From: Alkanindiges sp. WGS2144
GTDB lineage: Bacteria; Pseudomonadota; Gammaproteobacteria; Pseudomonadales; Moraxellaceae
Length of the DNA: 32,000 nt
Direction: 5' to 3' (one strand)
NCBI RefSeq assembly: GCF_043950625.1
Contig: NZ_CP171007.1
Shown: positions 9,372-19,165 of the stretch, one piece after another
Position numbering within the stretch: position 1 is the first letter of the stretch
Layout: each line of letters starts with the position of its first letter
Made by a program: the position numbers and the translations under genes
Notes under the pieces: generated by a model
Databases searched by the model: none
What the model was told of the DNA's origin: nothing
What the model saw: the letters and a program-made list of their open reading frames with translations, nothing else

Positions 9372-10208
9372 ATGACAATGGCACAGACAGTGAACATCAG
9401 CTTTATTGGTGGTGGCAACATGGCACAGGCGCTGATTGGCGGCTTGCTTGGTCAGGGCATTGATGGCAATACCATTATGGTGTCTGAACCAGTGGCAGCA
9501 CTACGTGATGTACTGACAAAAAAAGGGGTACAGGTCACTCAGGATAACCAGCAAGCCATTGCCCATGCTGATGTGGTGATTCTGGCAGTTAAACCCCAGA
9601 TGCTGGCACAGGTGCTGACTCCCTTGCGTGGGCAGTTTAAGAATCAGTTAATTCTTTCAATTGCTGCGGGTGTTACCATTTCAACCCTGTCGCGTTTACT
9701 GGATGGTTATCAGCGCATTGTGCGAGCCATGCCCAACACTCCGGCATTGATTCAGTGCGGTGCCACTGGTTTGTATGCATCAACTGCGATTGAGGTAGCA
9801 GATCGTGAGCTGGCGACACAGATTTTAGCGGCAGCAGGACTGGTACTCTGGGTTGACGAGGAAAACCTGCTGGACGCGGTCACTGCGGTATCAGGCTCAG
9901 GGCCTGCCTACTTTTTTTATATGATGGAAGCCATGATTCAAGCCGGGCAGAATCTGGGTTTGACACCAGACCAGACCAGAGCTTTAACTCTGCAAACTGC
10001 GCTGGGGGCAGCTCAAATGGCGATATCCAGTGAGCATACGCCAACCCAGCTGCGTAAAAATGTGACCTCGCCCAATGGCACAACGCAGGCTGCCCTGGAG
10101 GCACTGGATGCTGCGCAGGTGAGCCAGCATATTGAGAATGCCCTAAAAGCAGCTGCCATACGCAGTGCAGAATTAGCCGTTGCGCTTGACCAAGACAGCG
10201 CCACGTAA
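9372..10208 (+). CDS. proC: Pyrroline-5-carboxylate reductase
   Basis: 278 aa. Rossmann motif ISFIGGGNMAQALIGGL, and C-terminal VTSPNGTTQAAL typical of ProC. Confidence 0.95.
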   Translation: MTMAQTVNISFIGGGNMAQALIGGLLGQGIDGNTIMVSEPVAALRDVLTKKGVQVTQDNQQAIAHADVVILAVKPQMLAQVLTPLRGQFKNQLILSIAAGVTISTLSRLLDGYQRIVRAMPNTPALIQCGATGLYASTAIEVADRELATQILAAAGLVLWVDEENLLDAVTAVSGSGPAYFFYMMEAMIQAGQNLGLTPDQTRALTLQTALGAAQMAISSEHTPTQLRKNVTSPNGTTQAALEALDAAQVSQHIENALKAAAIRSAELAVALDQDSAT

Positions 10209-10230
10209 ATTTTATAACTGGAACGAATGC

Positions 10231-10809
10231 ATGGAACCTCTTTCTTCGGTTTTGTTTAATCTTGTCATTGATATCGCCACGTTGCTGATTTTTCTGCGCT
10301 TCATTATGCAGTTGGCCGCAGTTGATTATTTTAATCCTGTGGTACAGGCCACAGTCAAAGCCACGCCTGTGGTGGATATGTTTGGCCGGATTTTACCAAC
10401 GGTGGCTAATGGCCGGCTGAATCTGGCAGCGCTGGTACTTATTGTATTACTCAAGCTAATTGATCTGATGGGTAATGCCTATCTTCATGGTCAGCCTACA
10501 CCTGCGCCGGTTGAGCTGTTAATCGCTACGTTTTTAACCCTGATTCAGGGTTTATTGCGCTTTTGCCGCTATATTATTTTTGGCTCGATTATTCTCAGCT
10601 GGGTAACGGCGTTTACCAATGCGCGTTCACCGTTTATTGATGTGGTCTGGCAATTGGCCGAACCCTTACTGGCGCCTTTTCGCCGCATTATGCCTAATAC
10701 CGGGCCGCTGGATTTTTCACCCATTATTGCCCTGTTGGCTATTTATATTGCCGAGCAGCTGATGCGTCAGGCCACTGTAACCCTGCTGGCTTCAATAGGT
10801 TCATACTAA
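10231..10809 (+). CDS. yggT: YggT-family membrane protein
   Basis: I prefer the ATG at 10231 (MEPLSSVLFN...) over the ORF-track start at 10180, which overlaps proC. It has four hydrophobic segments and the duplicated YGGT-type repeat (ILSW...PF...IMP...G.LDFSP). The position after proC is conserved. Confidence 0.85.
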   Translation: MEPLSSVLFNLVIDIATLLIFLRFIMQLAAVDYFNPVVQATVKATPVVDMFGRILPTVANGRLNLAALVLIVLLKLIDLMGNAYLHGQPTPAPVELLIATFLTLIQGLLRFCRYIIFGSIILSWVTAFTNARSPFIDVVWQLAEPLLAPFRRIMPNTGPLDFSPIIALLAIYIAEQLMRQATVTLLASIGSY

Positions 10810-10837
10810 CAGGCATGTCAGAGGATAAGGGCTGACA

Positions 10838-11125
10838 TTGAATCAACCCGCTATGGTGGAATTATGGGTCAAGGTCAGCCCCAATGCCAAAATCAGTGAG
10901 ATTACTGGCTGGGAAACTGATACCCACAACAAAAATTATTTAAAAGTACGCCTTGCTGCACCACCAGTGGACGGTAAGGCCAACAAGCTATTATGTGAGT
11001 TTCTAGCAAAAACCTTTGGCGTGGCAAAGCGCAATGTGCTGCTGGTAAGCGGAGACACGAGCCGGCTTAAACGGGTCAATATTATAGCGCCACAGCGACT
11101 GCCCGAATTTTTACAGCAGATATAA
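10838..11125 (+). CDS. yggU: DUF167/YggU-family protein
   Basis: 95 aa. LKVRLAAPPVDGKANKLLCEFLAKTFGVAKRNV matches YggU. The ORF-track start is TTG 10838, with AGGA about 12 nt upstream. ATG 10853 is an alternative start. Confidence 0.82.
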   Translation: MNQPAMVELWVKVSPNAKISEITGWETDTHNKNYLKVRLAAPPVDGKANKLLCEFLAKTFGVAKRNVLLVSGDTSRLKRVNIIAPQRLPEFLQQI

Positions 11126-11139
11126 TTGGTTCATGAGTG

Positions 11140-11166
11140 ATAAAGGCTTGTGATTCAAGCCTTTAT
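11140..11166. terminator. Possible bidirectional terminator hairpin between convergent yggU and polA
   Basis: ataaaggcttg-tgatt-caagcctttat forms an 11-bp stem. The flanking T runs are weak on both strands. Confidence 0.4.
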
Positions 11167-11236
11167 TAACTGAGTTTATGGATTGGGGCAGGTTTTTATA
11201 GCTACCGTGCAATGGACGCCATAAAACCCAGCCTGC

Positions 11237-14005
11237 CTAGCCATGTGCATCTTCCCAGTTACAGCCTTTACCGATTTCTACCAGTAATGGCACATCAATT
11301 TTTACTACTTCCTGCATCACCTGGCTAAGCTTAGGTGCAAGTGTATCTGCAATGGCGGCATCAACTTCAAAGACCAGTTCATCGTGCACCTGCAACAGCA
11401 GCAATGCCTGATCTTTAGGCAGGATTTCATTGACAGCAATCATGGCTAGCTTAATGATATCAGCGGCTGAGCCTTGCAGTGGCGCATTAATGGCAGCGCG
11501 TTCAGCGGCTTGGCGCACCATGGCATTGCGTGCATTGACATCTGGCGTATACAGCTTACGTCCCATTAAGGTTTCTACAAAGCCTTGCTCCAGTGCCAGT
11601 TTGCGGGTGCGCTGCATATATTCATACACCCCTGGATAACGGGCAAAATACTGGTTGATATAGGATTGTGACTCCTGCCGCGACAGTTTTAATTGCTTGG
11701 ACAGGCCAAATGATGACATGCCGTACAGTAGGCCAAAGTTAATGGTTTTAGCCTGGCGGCGCTGGTCGCTGGTGACTTCTTCCAGAGAAAGGCCCAGCAC
11801 CTCGGCAGCGGTGGCCTGATGAATATCCTGTCCCAGTTTAAAGGCGCGCAACAGGGCTTCATCCTGAGAAAAATGTGCCATTAAGCGTAGCTCAATTTGC
11901 GAATAGTCCGCTGCCAGCAGGACGCGGCCTTTAGGGGCAATAAATGCCTTACGGATCTGCCGTCCCGTCTGCCCTCGAATAGGAATATTTTGCAGGTTAG
12001 GATCAGAAGATGACAGGCGTCCGGTAGCGGTGACGGCCTGATGATAGCTGGTGTGTACCCGGCAGGTATCGGTATCAGCCTGGGCAATCAGGCGGTCGGT
12101 ATAGGTGCTTTTGAGTTTGCATAAACCCCGATGTTCCAACACTAGTGCGGCAATGGGGTGATCAATTTTTTCCAGCACGGCTTCACCCGTGGCATATTGC
12201 CCACTGGCAGTTTTTTTACCGCCTGCTATACCAATTTTATCAAACAGGATTTCACCTAGTTGCTTTGGTGATGACACATTAAAGCTTTGCCCAGCCATGT
12301 CGATGACCTGTTTTTCTAGCAGCTCAATCTGTCCGGAGAACTCCTCACCCAGCTGTGCCAGAAACTGGGTATCCAGCTTAATGCCACAGCACTCCATGTG
12401 GGTGAGTATTTGTGCTACTGGCAATTCCAGCTTTAGCAGAAGCTGTTCCAGTTCAGGCTGCGCCTTCAGTTTGCGAGCCAGCACTTCATATAAACGGTAG
12501 GTGACATGCGCATCTTCGCAGGCATAAGGGGCAGCTTGCTCAAGAGGAACCTGATTAAACGTGAGCTGCTTGGCGCCTTTGCCGGCAATATCTTCAAAGG
12601 TGATAGTCAGATGACTTAAATACAGGCGTGCCACATCATCCATACCATGCCGGGTGGCAGTGGGGTTGAGCACATAGGAGGCCAGCATGGTGTCAAATAC
12701 CCAGCCTTTTAGGTCAATCCCGTGATTTTTGAACACATGGGCATCGTATTTGAGATGATGGCCAATTTTGCCAATGGCCGGGTTTTCAAAATAAGGCTTT
12801 AGCTGTTCTAAAATGGTTTCGCGGTTTAGCTGCTGGGGGGCGTCAAGATAGTCATGGGCAAGTGGAATATAAAAAGCATCTTTGGCATCAAAAGCAACCG
12901 ACAGACCCACAATCTGAGCTTTACGATAATCCAGACTGGTCGTTTCGGTATCAATGACAAAATGATCCGCACTTTGCAGACGCGCTAAAAACTCATCAAA
13001 CTGCGCCTGGGTTAAAATAGTATGATAATGCGCACTACCCAGTTTGTCGTCCTGACTGCTGCTAGCCGATTCACTGTCAAATGGCTCTGGGGCTGCTTCA
13101 GTTTGATCCTGTGTCGGACTTTGACTGGCCAGCCGGTCTGGATTGTTGGGATGCTCCAGTGACTGTAGCTGGCTTCTGAATTCAAGCTCGGTATACAGTC
13201 GGTGCAGCTCTTTAGTATCAGGATTGCCCAGTTTAAGTTCAGTCCAGTCCAGCCCTACTGGCAGATCACAGATAATGCTGGCCAGCTGATGATTAAGCGG
13301 AATACTGTCCTGATGCTCGCGAATATTTTGTCCAAGTTTACCCTTGATCTTGTCCAGATTATCCAAAATGCCGGCAATGTTGTCGTATTCCTGCAATAGC
13401 TTGGCAGCGGTTTTGGTGCCCACGCCCGGAATGCCTTTAATACCATCGGAAGCATCACCCATCAGGGTTAGATAATCCACAATCTGATGCGGCCATACAC
13501 CAAATTTGTCAAATACACCTTGCGTATCCAGCAGACGATCACGAAAGCTGTCTTCCAGATTCACACAGTCATTGACCAGCTGCGCCATGTCTTTGTCCCC
13601 GGTTGAAATCAGCACATGATGACCTTGCTGACAGGCACGTTTGGTCAGGGTGCCCATCAGGTCATCGGCTTCTACACCGGGCAGGGTCAACAGGGGAATG
13701 CCCAGTGCACGAATGACTGCATGCAGATAGGGAATTTGCTCGGCCAGTTCAGGGGGCATAGAGGGGCGATCGCCTTTGTAGTCGGGTGATAACTTATGGC
13801 GAAAGGTGGGTTCTGGTGTATCAAAGACCACGGCCATATGGGTCGGCTGGATACGGCGCATCAGTTTTTGCAGGGCAGACAGCGCACCTCGTACTGCGTT
13901 GGTGGTTAAACCAGTTGAAGTGGTTAAAGGCGGTAAGGCGTGAAAAGCCCGGAACAGATAGTAAGATCCATCAACCAGTACAAAAGGTGGGACGTCATTT
14001 TTCAT
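11237..14005 (-). CDS. polA: DNA polymerase I
   Basis: 922 aa. It contains the 5' nuclease region, the 3'-5' exonuclease region (VIDTETTSLD) and the polymerase motifs (DYSQIELR, RRQAKTINFGLLYGMS, QVHDELVFE). Confidence 0.98.
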   Translation of the reverse strand: MKNDVPPFVLVDGSYYLFRAFHALPPLTTSTGLTTNAVRGALSALQKLMRRIQPTHMAVVFDTPEPTFRHKLSPDYKGDRPSMPPELAEQIPYLHAVIRALGIPLLTLPGVEADDLMGTLTKRACQQGHHVLISTGDKDMAQLVNDCVNLEDSFRDRLLDTQGVFDKFGVWPHQIVDYLTLMGDASDGIKGIPGVGTKTAAKLLQEYDNIAGILDNLDKIKGKLGQNIREHQDSIPLNHQLASIICDLPVGLDWTELKLGNPDTKELHRLYTELEFRSQLQSLEHPNNPDRLASQSPTQDQTEAAPEPFDSESASSSQDDKLGSAHYHTILTQAQFDEFLARLQSADHFVIDTETTSLDYRKAQIVGLSVAFDAKDAFYIPLAHDYLDAPQQLNRETILEQLKPYFENPAIGKIGHHLKYDAHVFKNHGIDLKGWVFDTMLASYVLNPTATRHGMDDVARLYLSHLTITFEDIAGKGAKQLTFNQVPLEQAAPYACEDAHVTYRLYEVLARKLKAQPELEQLLLKLELPVAQILTHMECCGIKLDTQFLAQLGEEFSGQIELLEKQVIDMAGQSFNVSSPKQLGEILFDKIGIAGGKKTASGQYATGEAVLEKIDHPIAALVLEHRGLCKLKSTYTDRLIAQADTDTCRVHTSYHQAVTATGRLSSSDPNLQNIPIRGQTGRQIRKAFIAPKGRVLLAADYSQIELRLMAHFSQDEALLRAFKLGQDIHQATAAEVLGLSLEEVTSDQRRQAKTINFGLLYGMSSFGLSKQLKLSRQESQSYINQYFARYPGVYEYMQRTRKLALEQGFVETLMGRKLYTPDVNARNAMVRQAAERAAINAPLQGSAADIIKLAMIAVNEILPKDQALLLLQVHDELVFEVDAAIADTLAPKLSQVMQEVVKIDVPLLVEIGKGCNWEDAHG

Positions 14006-14162
14006 TGCTTAACATCACTATTTTTTAAAAACACTAAAAATTGAATAGTACGCTAAAAAGCGCACTTTGATGGTAAAAGTCGATATCATTCATCTGTCAG
14101 ATTGCAGCATGGGTTATTACACACTTGAAACCATGCTGCCTATATAGCCAGAAGGAAAACCA

Positions 14163-14963
14163 GTGACCAGTGCCATTGATTTTTTAAAGCAAAAAATTAA
14201 GACCCAACAGCATAATATCGCCAGCTATACTTTTAATGGACATACCGTCTGGATCAAAAAGGCATCCAGGCGGCACCCCATGTGGCTATATCGCTTACTT
14301 GGCTGGGTCATGCGGTTTTTAGGCATTCAAGCGCTTATGCCTGTTCCTAATTTGGGGGGTGCTCAGGCAATTTCAACTGAAGTTACCCGTTTAAAAGAGC
14401 TGGCGGCTTTGGGTATTCGCGTGCCAAAAGTGCTGGCGCATTATAAACATGGCCTAATGCTGGAGGATGTAGGTAATCATGCGCAACCAGCCCAGCATAT
14501 TGACGCGCTACTGGCCAATGCTGAAAGTCCTTCAGCTTGTCTTGAGCTGTTTAAGCTGACGGTAAGAACCATTCTTGAGGTGCATCAGCGTGGTGCCTGG
14601 TTGAGTGAGGCATTTGCCCGCAATATTTTAATGGACGAGAGTGGCCGGCTGGCTTTTATTGATTTTGAGGATGATCCAGCCACGTATATGCCGCCGGTAT
14701 GCTGTTATGCACGCGACTGGCTGTGCTTTATGTTTTCGGTGGCGGCACGGTTGAATCATCACCAGATTCAGGAGGTAGCCATTGATTATCTAAAACAGCA
14801 ACTGGCCAAAGAGCCTGCTGCCACTCAGCATCTGGTGTTTACTGCCTGTGAGCGCTTAAGCTGGCTGAGAAAACTGCCAGTACAGAAGCTGGGCAAAGAT
14901 GGTCAGCGTCTGTTGGCAACCGCCGAGCTACTAAACCTGATGAGAACTGAAACTTCTTTGTAG
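14163..14963 (+). CDS. Protein-kinase-fold protein (Kdo/WaaP/RIO-like), atypical catalytic loop
   Basis: 266 aa with a GTG start and AGGA upstream. Kinase-like elements are VWIKKA, RLKELAALGIRVPKVL, LMLEDVG and NILMDESGRLAFIDFEDD. The family assignment is by eye only. Confidence 0.55.
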   Translation: MTSAIDFLKQKIKTQQHNIASYTFNGHTVWIKKASRRHPMWLYRLLGWVMRFLGIQALMPVPNLGGAQAISTEVTRLKELAALGIRVPKVLAHYKHGLMLEDVGNHAQPAQHIDALLANAESPSACLELFKLTVRTILEVHQRGAWLSEAFARNILMDESGRLAFIDFEDDPATYMPPVCCYARDWLCFMFSVAARLNHHQIQEVAIDYLKQQLAKEPAATQHLVFTACERLSWLRKLPVQKLGKDGQRLLATAELLNLMRTETSL

Positions 14964-15099
14964 GCAAGTAATCCAGACAAACTGATCAAGCGGTTTATTC
15001 AAGCCGGTTGGTAGGAATTGTAATAATTTTATACCAGCCAAAATTTCATCCTGCTACTTTAAGGTAAGATAAGAACCACTAAAACAAGGATAATGAAGA

Positions 15100-17847
15100 A
15101 TGATTGCGATTGGATTCTGGGCAGTGATGTGGTTTTTGCCACTGATACTGGCAATTTGTGCACTGGTCATTAGTCGGCGTACTCAGCAGCAGCTGATACA
15201 AAAAGTGAATCATCTGGAGCAGTTTTTAACCGCCGTAGCAAAACATTCAGCTTCCACCTCACAGCCTGTCCAGCCACCGCAACCCGCTTCAGCAGAGCAA
15301 ATAAATATACCAATAGAACCGGACAATCATCAGGTGGTGCCTGAAGGTATTCAGGCAAATGAACCAGTTAACAGCCAGCCAGTTACTAGTCAGCCTTTGC
15401 CCACCAAATCTCCACTATGGCAGGACAAAAAACAGGTCAGAAAACCAGCTGCCCGCCCCGGGCTGGAGCCGGATGAGCATTCTTTAAATGTTGTGACGTC
15501 TATCTGGCAATCATTGCTACAGTGGTTTAGGGGTGGTAATGCCATTGTCCGGGTTGGTGTGATGGTGCTATTGGTCGGCGTGGTGCTGCTGCTGCGTCTG
15601 GCCAATGATTTATTTATCATTCCTATTGAGGTTCGGTTGGGTGTAGTCGCATTTGGCGGGGTTGCTCTTACCCTGCTGGGCTTAAAACTAAGATTAAAGC
15701 GCCGTAGTTATGCCATGAGTATTCAGGGTGCAGGACTGGCCATTATTTATTTTACCCTGTTTGCCGCATTCCGTTTATATGAGGTGTTACCGGCCAGCCT
15801 GACTTTTGCCTTGCTGGCGGTACTGGCAGGGGTCAGCGCAGGGCTGGCGCTCATGCAGAATGCCCTGCCACTGGCGGTACTGGCTTTTGGTGGTGGTTTT
15901 TTGGCGCCCCTGCTGACTTCGACAGGCAGTAATAATCTGGTTGGTCTATTTAGCTATTATTTGCTGCTTAACCTGGCGCTGGCCTGGCTAGCCCACTATA
16001 AGACCTGGAAAGTGCTGAATGTGCTAGGTGCGTTCATGACTTTTGGGGTTGCAGGCTATCTGGGCTTCAACAGTTATGAAAATCACATGCGATGGCCGTT
16101 GGAGATTTTGCTGCTGGCGCATCTGGCCTTATATCTATTTATTGTAGTGCGCTACAGCCAGCAACTGGTTGCTGCACAGGAGACCCAGACAGAGCCTGCT
16201 GATTCACTCGCTGCGGTTGATAGTACTCTGTTGTTTGGAGTGCCCCTTATGGGCTTTGCCTTACAGGCCGGCCTATTGCATGACATTCCCTATGCACTGG
16301 CGTTTAGTAGTGCCGTGCTGTCAGCCATTTATTTATGGCTAGGTTATAAGCTGTTTTACCATAACAAAAAACTGGTACTGCTGACCGAGGGGGTGCTGGC
16401 GCTTGGGGTTGGTTTTATGGCGCTGGTGATTCCACTAGCGCTTGAAGCACAATGGACAGCCATGGGCTGGGCAGTGCAGGGTACGGCCTTGGTCTGGCTG
16501 GGTAAGCGGCAATCGCGGGTCTGGTCTATCCGCTTTGGTATTTTGCTACAGGTACTGACCCTATTTGCACTGGCCTGGGCCTATATTATGGTAGGCAGGT
16601 ACATTGTGCTGCCATTGGCGGTATATACAGTGGCATTGTACATTTGTGCAGTCTTGTTACGCTCAGCCCAGTCTGCTCAAGTCCTAGCAGCAACTCAGCC
16701 CTTATTATTGCGCCAATGGCTACAGCCTTCTTTTATCCTGCTGGTATGGGCATTTGCTGCCAGCCAGTTCATGCTGGTATTGCTGGAACAAAAAGCCGGG
16801 TACCAGAGTTTTTATTGGCCCTTTTTTGCCTTGCAGTCAAGCTTTTATCCACTGGGTTTTGCCCTGATAAGCCTTGCTGCCAGCTGGCACATGCGCTGGC
16901 TACAACTTAAAGGCCTGCTTACTGTGATTCTAGCTGGTTTGACCCTGCATGCTGGTCTGATCTGGCTGAACTATGCCAGTCTGGCTGCATACAAATATGT
17001 ATTATTGTGGGTCATTGCCGGCTATGGCTTGCTGGGTTATTTGCTGATTCATTATTTAAACAGGCATCAGCTGGGTAGTCGTGTTGCGCAGTTTATCTGG
17101 CTGACTGGCTTGCTGATTCACAGCAGTAGCGCCTTGCAGCTTTACTGGCCTGAGCAGCCTGTTGTGGCAGCCATTATTCTACCATTAGTGATATTAACCT
17201 GGCTTTGGTATGGCAGTCCCAGACTTGATTTGTTTAATACGCCAAGACTATTACAGGATTTAAGTTTGCCTGCCAGTGTCTGCCTGTTGCTGTGGATGGT
17301 GGTGGCAAGTCTGGATAGCAGTGGACAGGTCTTTGGCTTGCCGTATATTCCGCTGGTTAATTTACTGGATATTTGTCTGTTAGTTGCTGGTTTTGTGGCG
17401 TATCAGTTGATGCGGCTGGTGCCCATAGGCTGGATGCGTATTGAGCAGCGTGGCGGACAGGCAGTGCTGGGTCTGGCAGCATTTATTGGTTTAACCGGCC
17501 TGATTATCCGTACCCTGCACCAGTGGGCCGGTACACCACTATGGCTTTATGGTGCATGGCATAATGATCTGGTGCAGACCAGCCTAACCATCGTATGGTC
17601 ATTATGTGCGCTCGTGTTGACAGGCCTGGCTAGCCGCTATGCCTGGCGTGAAGTCTGGCTAGTGGGTATTGTTCTGCTGGTAGTGGTCGTTGCCAAATTG
17701 CTGTTGATTGATTTATCCAACGCTGCAACCCTTGCCCGTATCATTTCATTTATTGGCGCTGGTTTAATGATGCTGCTCATTGGCTATATTGCACCCTTGC
17801 CTCCGGTGACCAGTCAGCACAGGCACCAGAATAATAAGGATAAATGA
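15100..17847 (+). CDS. Very large polytopic inner-membrane protein, DUF2339-like
   Basis: 915 aa. It begins with an N-terminal TM helix, followed by a short helical segment (RRTQQQLIQKVNHLEQFL) and a ~90-aa Pro/Gln-rich linker. Roughly two dozen hydrophobic segments then run to the C-terminus. The DUF2339 assignment is from memory of that family's architecture and is not verified. Confidence 0.6.
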   Translation: MIAIGFWAVMWFLPLILAICALVISRRTQQQLIQKVNHLEQFLTAVAKHSASTSQPVQPPQPASAEQINIPIEPDNHQVVPEGIQANEPVNSQPVTSQPLPTKSPLWQDKKQVRKPAARPGLEPDEHSLNVVTSIWQSLLQWFRGGNAIVRVGVMVLLVGVVLLLRLANDLFIIPIEVRLGVVAFGGVALTLLGLKLRLKRRSYAMSIQGAGLAIIYFTLFAAFRLYEVLPASLTFALLAVLAGVSAGLALMQNALPLAVLAFGGGFLAPLLTSTGSNNLVGLFSYYLLLNLALAWLAHYKTWKVLNVLGAFMTFGVAGYLGFNSYENHMRWPLEILLLAHLALYLFIVVRYSQQLVAAQETQTEPADSLAAVDSTLLFGVPLMGFALQAGLLHDIPYALAFSSAVLSAIYLWLGYKLFYHNKKLVLLTEGVLALGVGFMALVIPLALEAQWTAMGWAVQGTALVWLGKRQSRVWSIRFGILLQVLTLFALAWAYIMVGRYIVLPLAVYTVALYICAVLLRSAQSAQVLAATQPLLLRQWLQPSFILLVWAFAASQFMLVLLEQKAGYQSFYWPFFALQSSFYPLGFALISLAASWHMRWLQLKGLLTVILAGLTLHAGLIWLNYASLAAYKYVLLWVIAGYGLLGYLLIHYLNRHQLGSRVAQFIWLTGLLIHSSSALQLYWPEQPVVAAIILPLVILTWLWYGSPRLDLFNTPRLLQDLSLPASVCLLLWMVVASLDSSGQVFGLPYIPLVNLLDICLLVAGFVAYQLMRLVPIGWMRIEQRGGQAVLGLAAFIGLTGLIIRTLHQWAGTPLWLYGAWHNDLVQTSLTIVWSLCALVLTGLASRYAWREVWLVGIVLLVVVVAKLLLIDLSNAATLARIISFIGAGLMMLLIGYIAPLPPVTSQHRHQNNKDK

Positions 17848-19154
17848 TGACATTAAGAGCTATTGTTGTAATTGGTCTATTCGCCTGGTTGCCTGCTGGA
17901 CACGCAGCATCCAGCCAGCTGCTTACCCCCATTAAGGGTAAAAGCTTGCAGGGGGTACAAAAAGTTGACCTTAACCTGGCAGCTATCGCAGCTTATACAA
18001 ATCAGCCCAGACATTTGTATGTGGTGGATATTAGCCAGCAAGTCATGCCCATGCGCATTGAACAGCCGGTACAAAAAACACCGGTCGTTGATTATCCGTT
18101 GCAAATTTACCGCTGGCCGGGGCAGGCGCTGTTTGATAATGCCCGCGTACTGAGCCAGTTGCAATTACAGCTTAGGCAAGGTGACCAGCAGGCCATTGTC
18201 AACTGGTCAGATCAGCAGGGTCTGCGTTTAAGCCAGCAGGAAAACGATCAAACCTGGTTGCTCGCAACGCCCAACCTGCCTAAAAACACTGAGCTACAGT
18301 ATTTATTATTAAACTGGGCTGGGCAGGATGTTAGCAGTCAGGTGCAAGTAGAAGGTAGCGACAATCTGGTGGATTGGCATTTTGCAGGGCTTGGACAGAT
18401 CCTGCAGACTCGTAGTGAGGCAGGTCAGCCCTTGCTGCAGCAACGGGTGGAAATCAGGCAGTCCTATCCGTTCTGGCGTATCCGCTTTGATCAACCCATT
18501 CACCTGCAACAGGCCAGCCTGCAAAGCAGGCAAATTGTCACACCGTTATGGCAGCAGCAAAGCCTAAGGTTTAAGCAGGTAGCATCTAACCCGCAACAAT
18601 GGCAGCTGGATTTGCCTTATGCCATTGCCATCCAAAAAATGCAGTTCAATATACCGGCAGAGCAGTTATGGTCAGTGCGCGTGGAGGCCAGACAGGTACA
18701 GCAGGGGCGGGAGGGATGGCAGCAGGTTGCGCAAACCGAGCTGTACCACAATGGCTCGCTGGCTGATAATACGAGTACAAGCAAAAATACCAATCAGATT
18801 AACTTTAACCGGCCTGTTAGTGCCAGCCAGTGGCGGTTAAGCATTGAAGCCCCCATAAAAACTGCACAGCTGGATGTTGAGGTGTTTGCTCCCAGAACCA
18901 CGCTATATTTTCTGGCGCAAGGAGCAGCGCCCTACCGCTTGATTGTAGATTCGCAGGGTTTGCGATCTGCCCCTAAATTGCCCGAACAACTGGATGCCCG
19001 AGCAGCTGCTTATCTAGGAGAAACAGTAGTACACAAGGTGGCTGCTTCAACCCGTCAATATGGATTGTGGGCGGGTTTGCTGATTCTGGTTGGTATCTTG
19101 GCTTTTGCTGCCTGGCGATTGTTTCGTAACCTGCAACGTACGCCCCAGAACTAG
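17844..19154 (+). CDS. Exported protein with C-terminal membrane anchor, DUF3999-like
   Basis: 436 aa. The start overlaps the upstream stop (ATGA). Signal peptide is MMTLRAIVVIGLFAWLPAGHA/AS. The body is Gln-rich and beta-like, with two W-R-[IL] segments (FWRIRFDQPIHL, QWRLSIEAPIKT). There is a C-terminal TM (LWAGLLILVGILAFAAW) followed by a basic tail. The DUF3999 assignment is from memory and is not verified. Confidence 0.55.
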   Translation: MMTLRAIVVIGLFAWLPAGHAASSQLLTPIKGKSLQGVQKVDLNLAAIAAYTNQPRHLYVVDISQQVMPMRIEQPVQKTPVVDYPLQIYRWPGQALFDNARVLSQLQLQLRQGDQQAIVNWSDQQGLRLSQQENDQTWLLATPNLPKNTELQYLLLNWAGQDVSSQVQVEGSDNLVDWHFAGLGQILQTRSEAGQPLLQQRVEIRQSYPFWRIRFDQPIHLQQASLQSRQIVTPLWQQQSLRFKQVASNPQQWQLDLPYAIAIQKMQFNIPAEQLWSVRVEARQVQQGREGWQQVAQTELYHNGSLADNTSTSKNTNQINFNRPVSASQWRLSIEAPIKTAQLDVEVFAPRTTLYFLAQGAAPYRLIVDSQGLRSAPKLPEQLDARAAAYLGETVVHKVAASTRQYGLWAGLLILVGILAFAAWRLFRNLQRTPQN

Positions 19155-19165
19155 TAAAGGATAGT

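Noticed and set aside
19155-19165. Only 11 nt between the convergent stops of the DUF3999-like gene and the MscS-family gene, with no terminator hairpin
   Set aside because: This was noted, but tight convergent gene ends are common. Nothing further can be inferred without transcript data.
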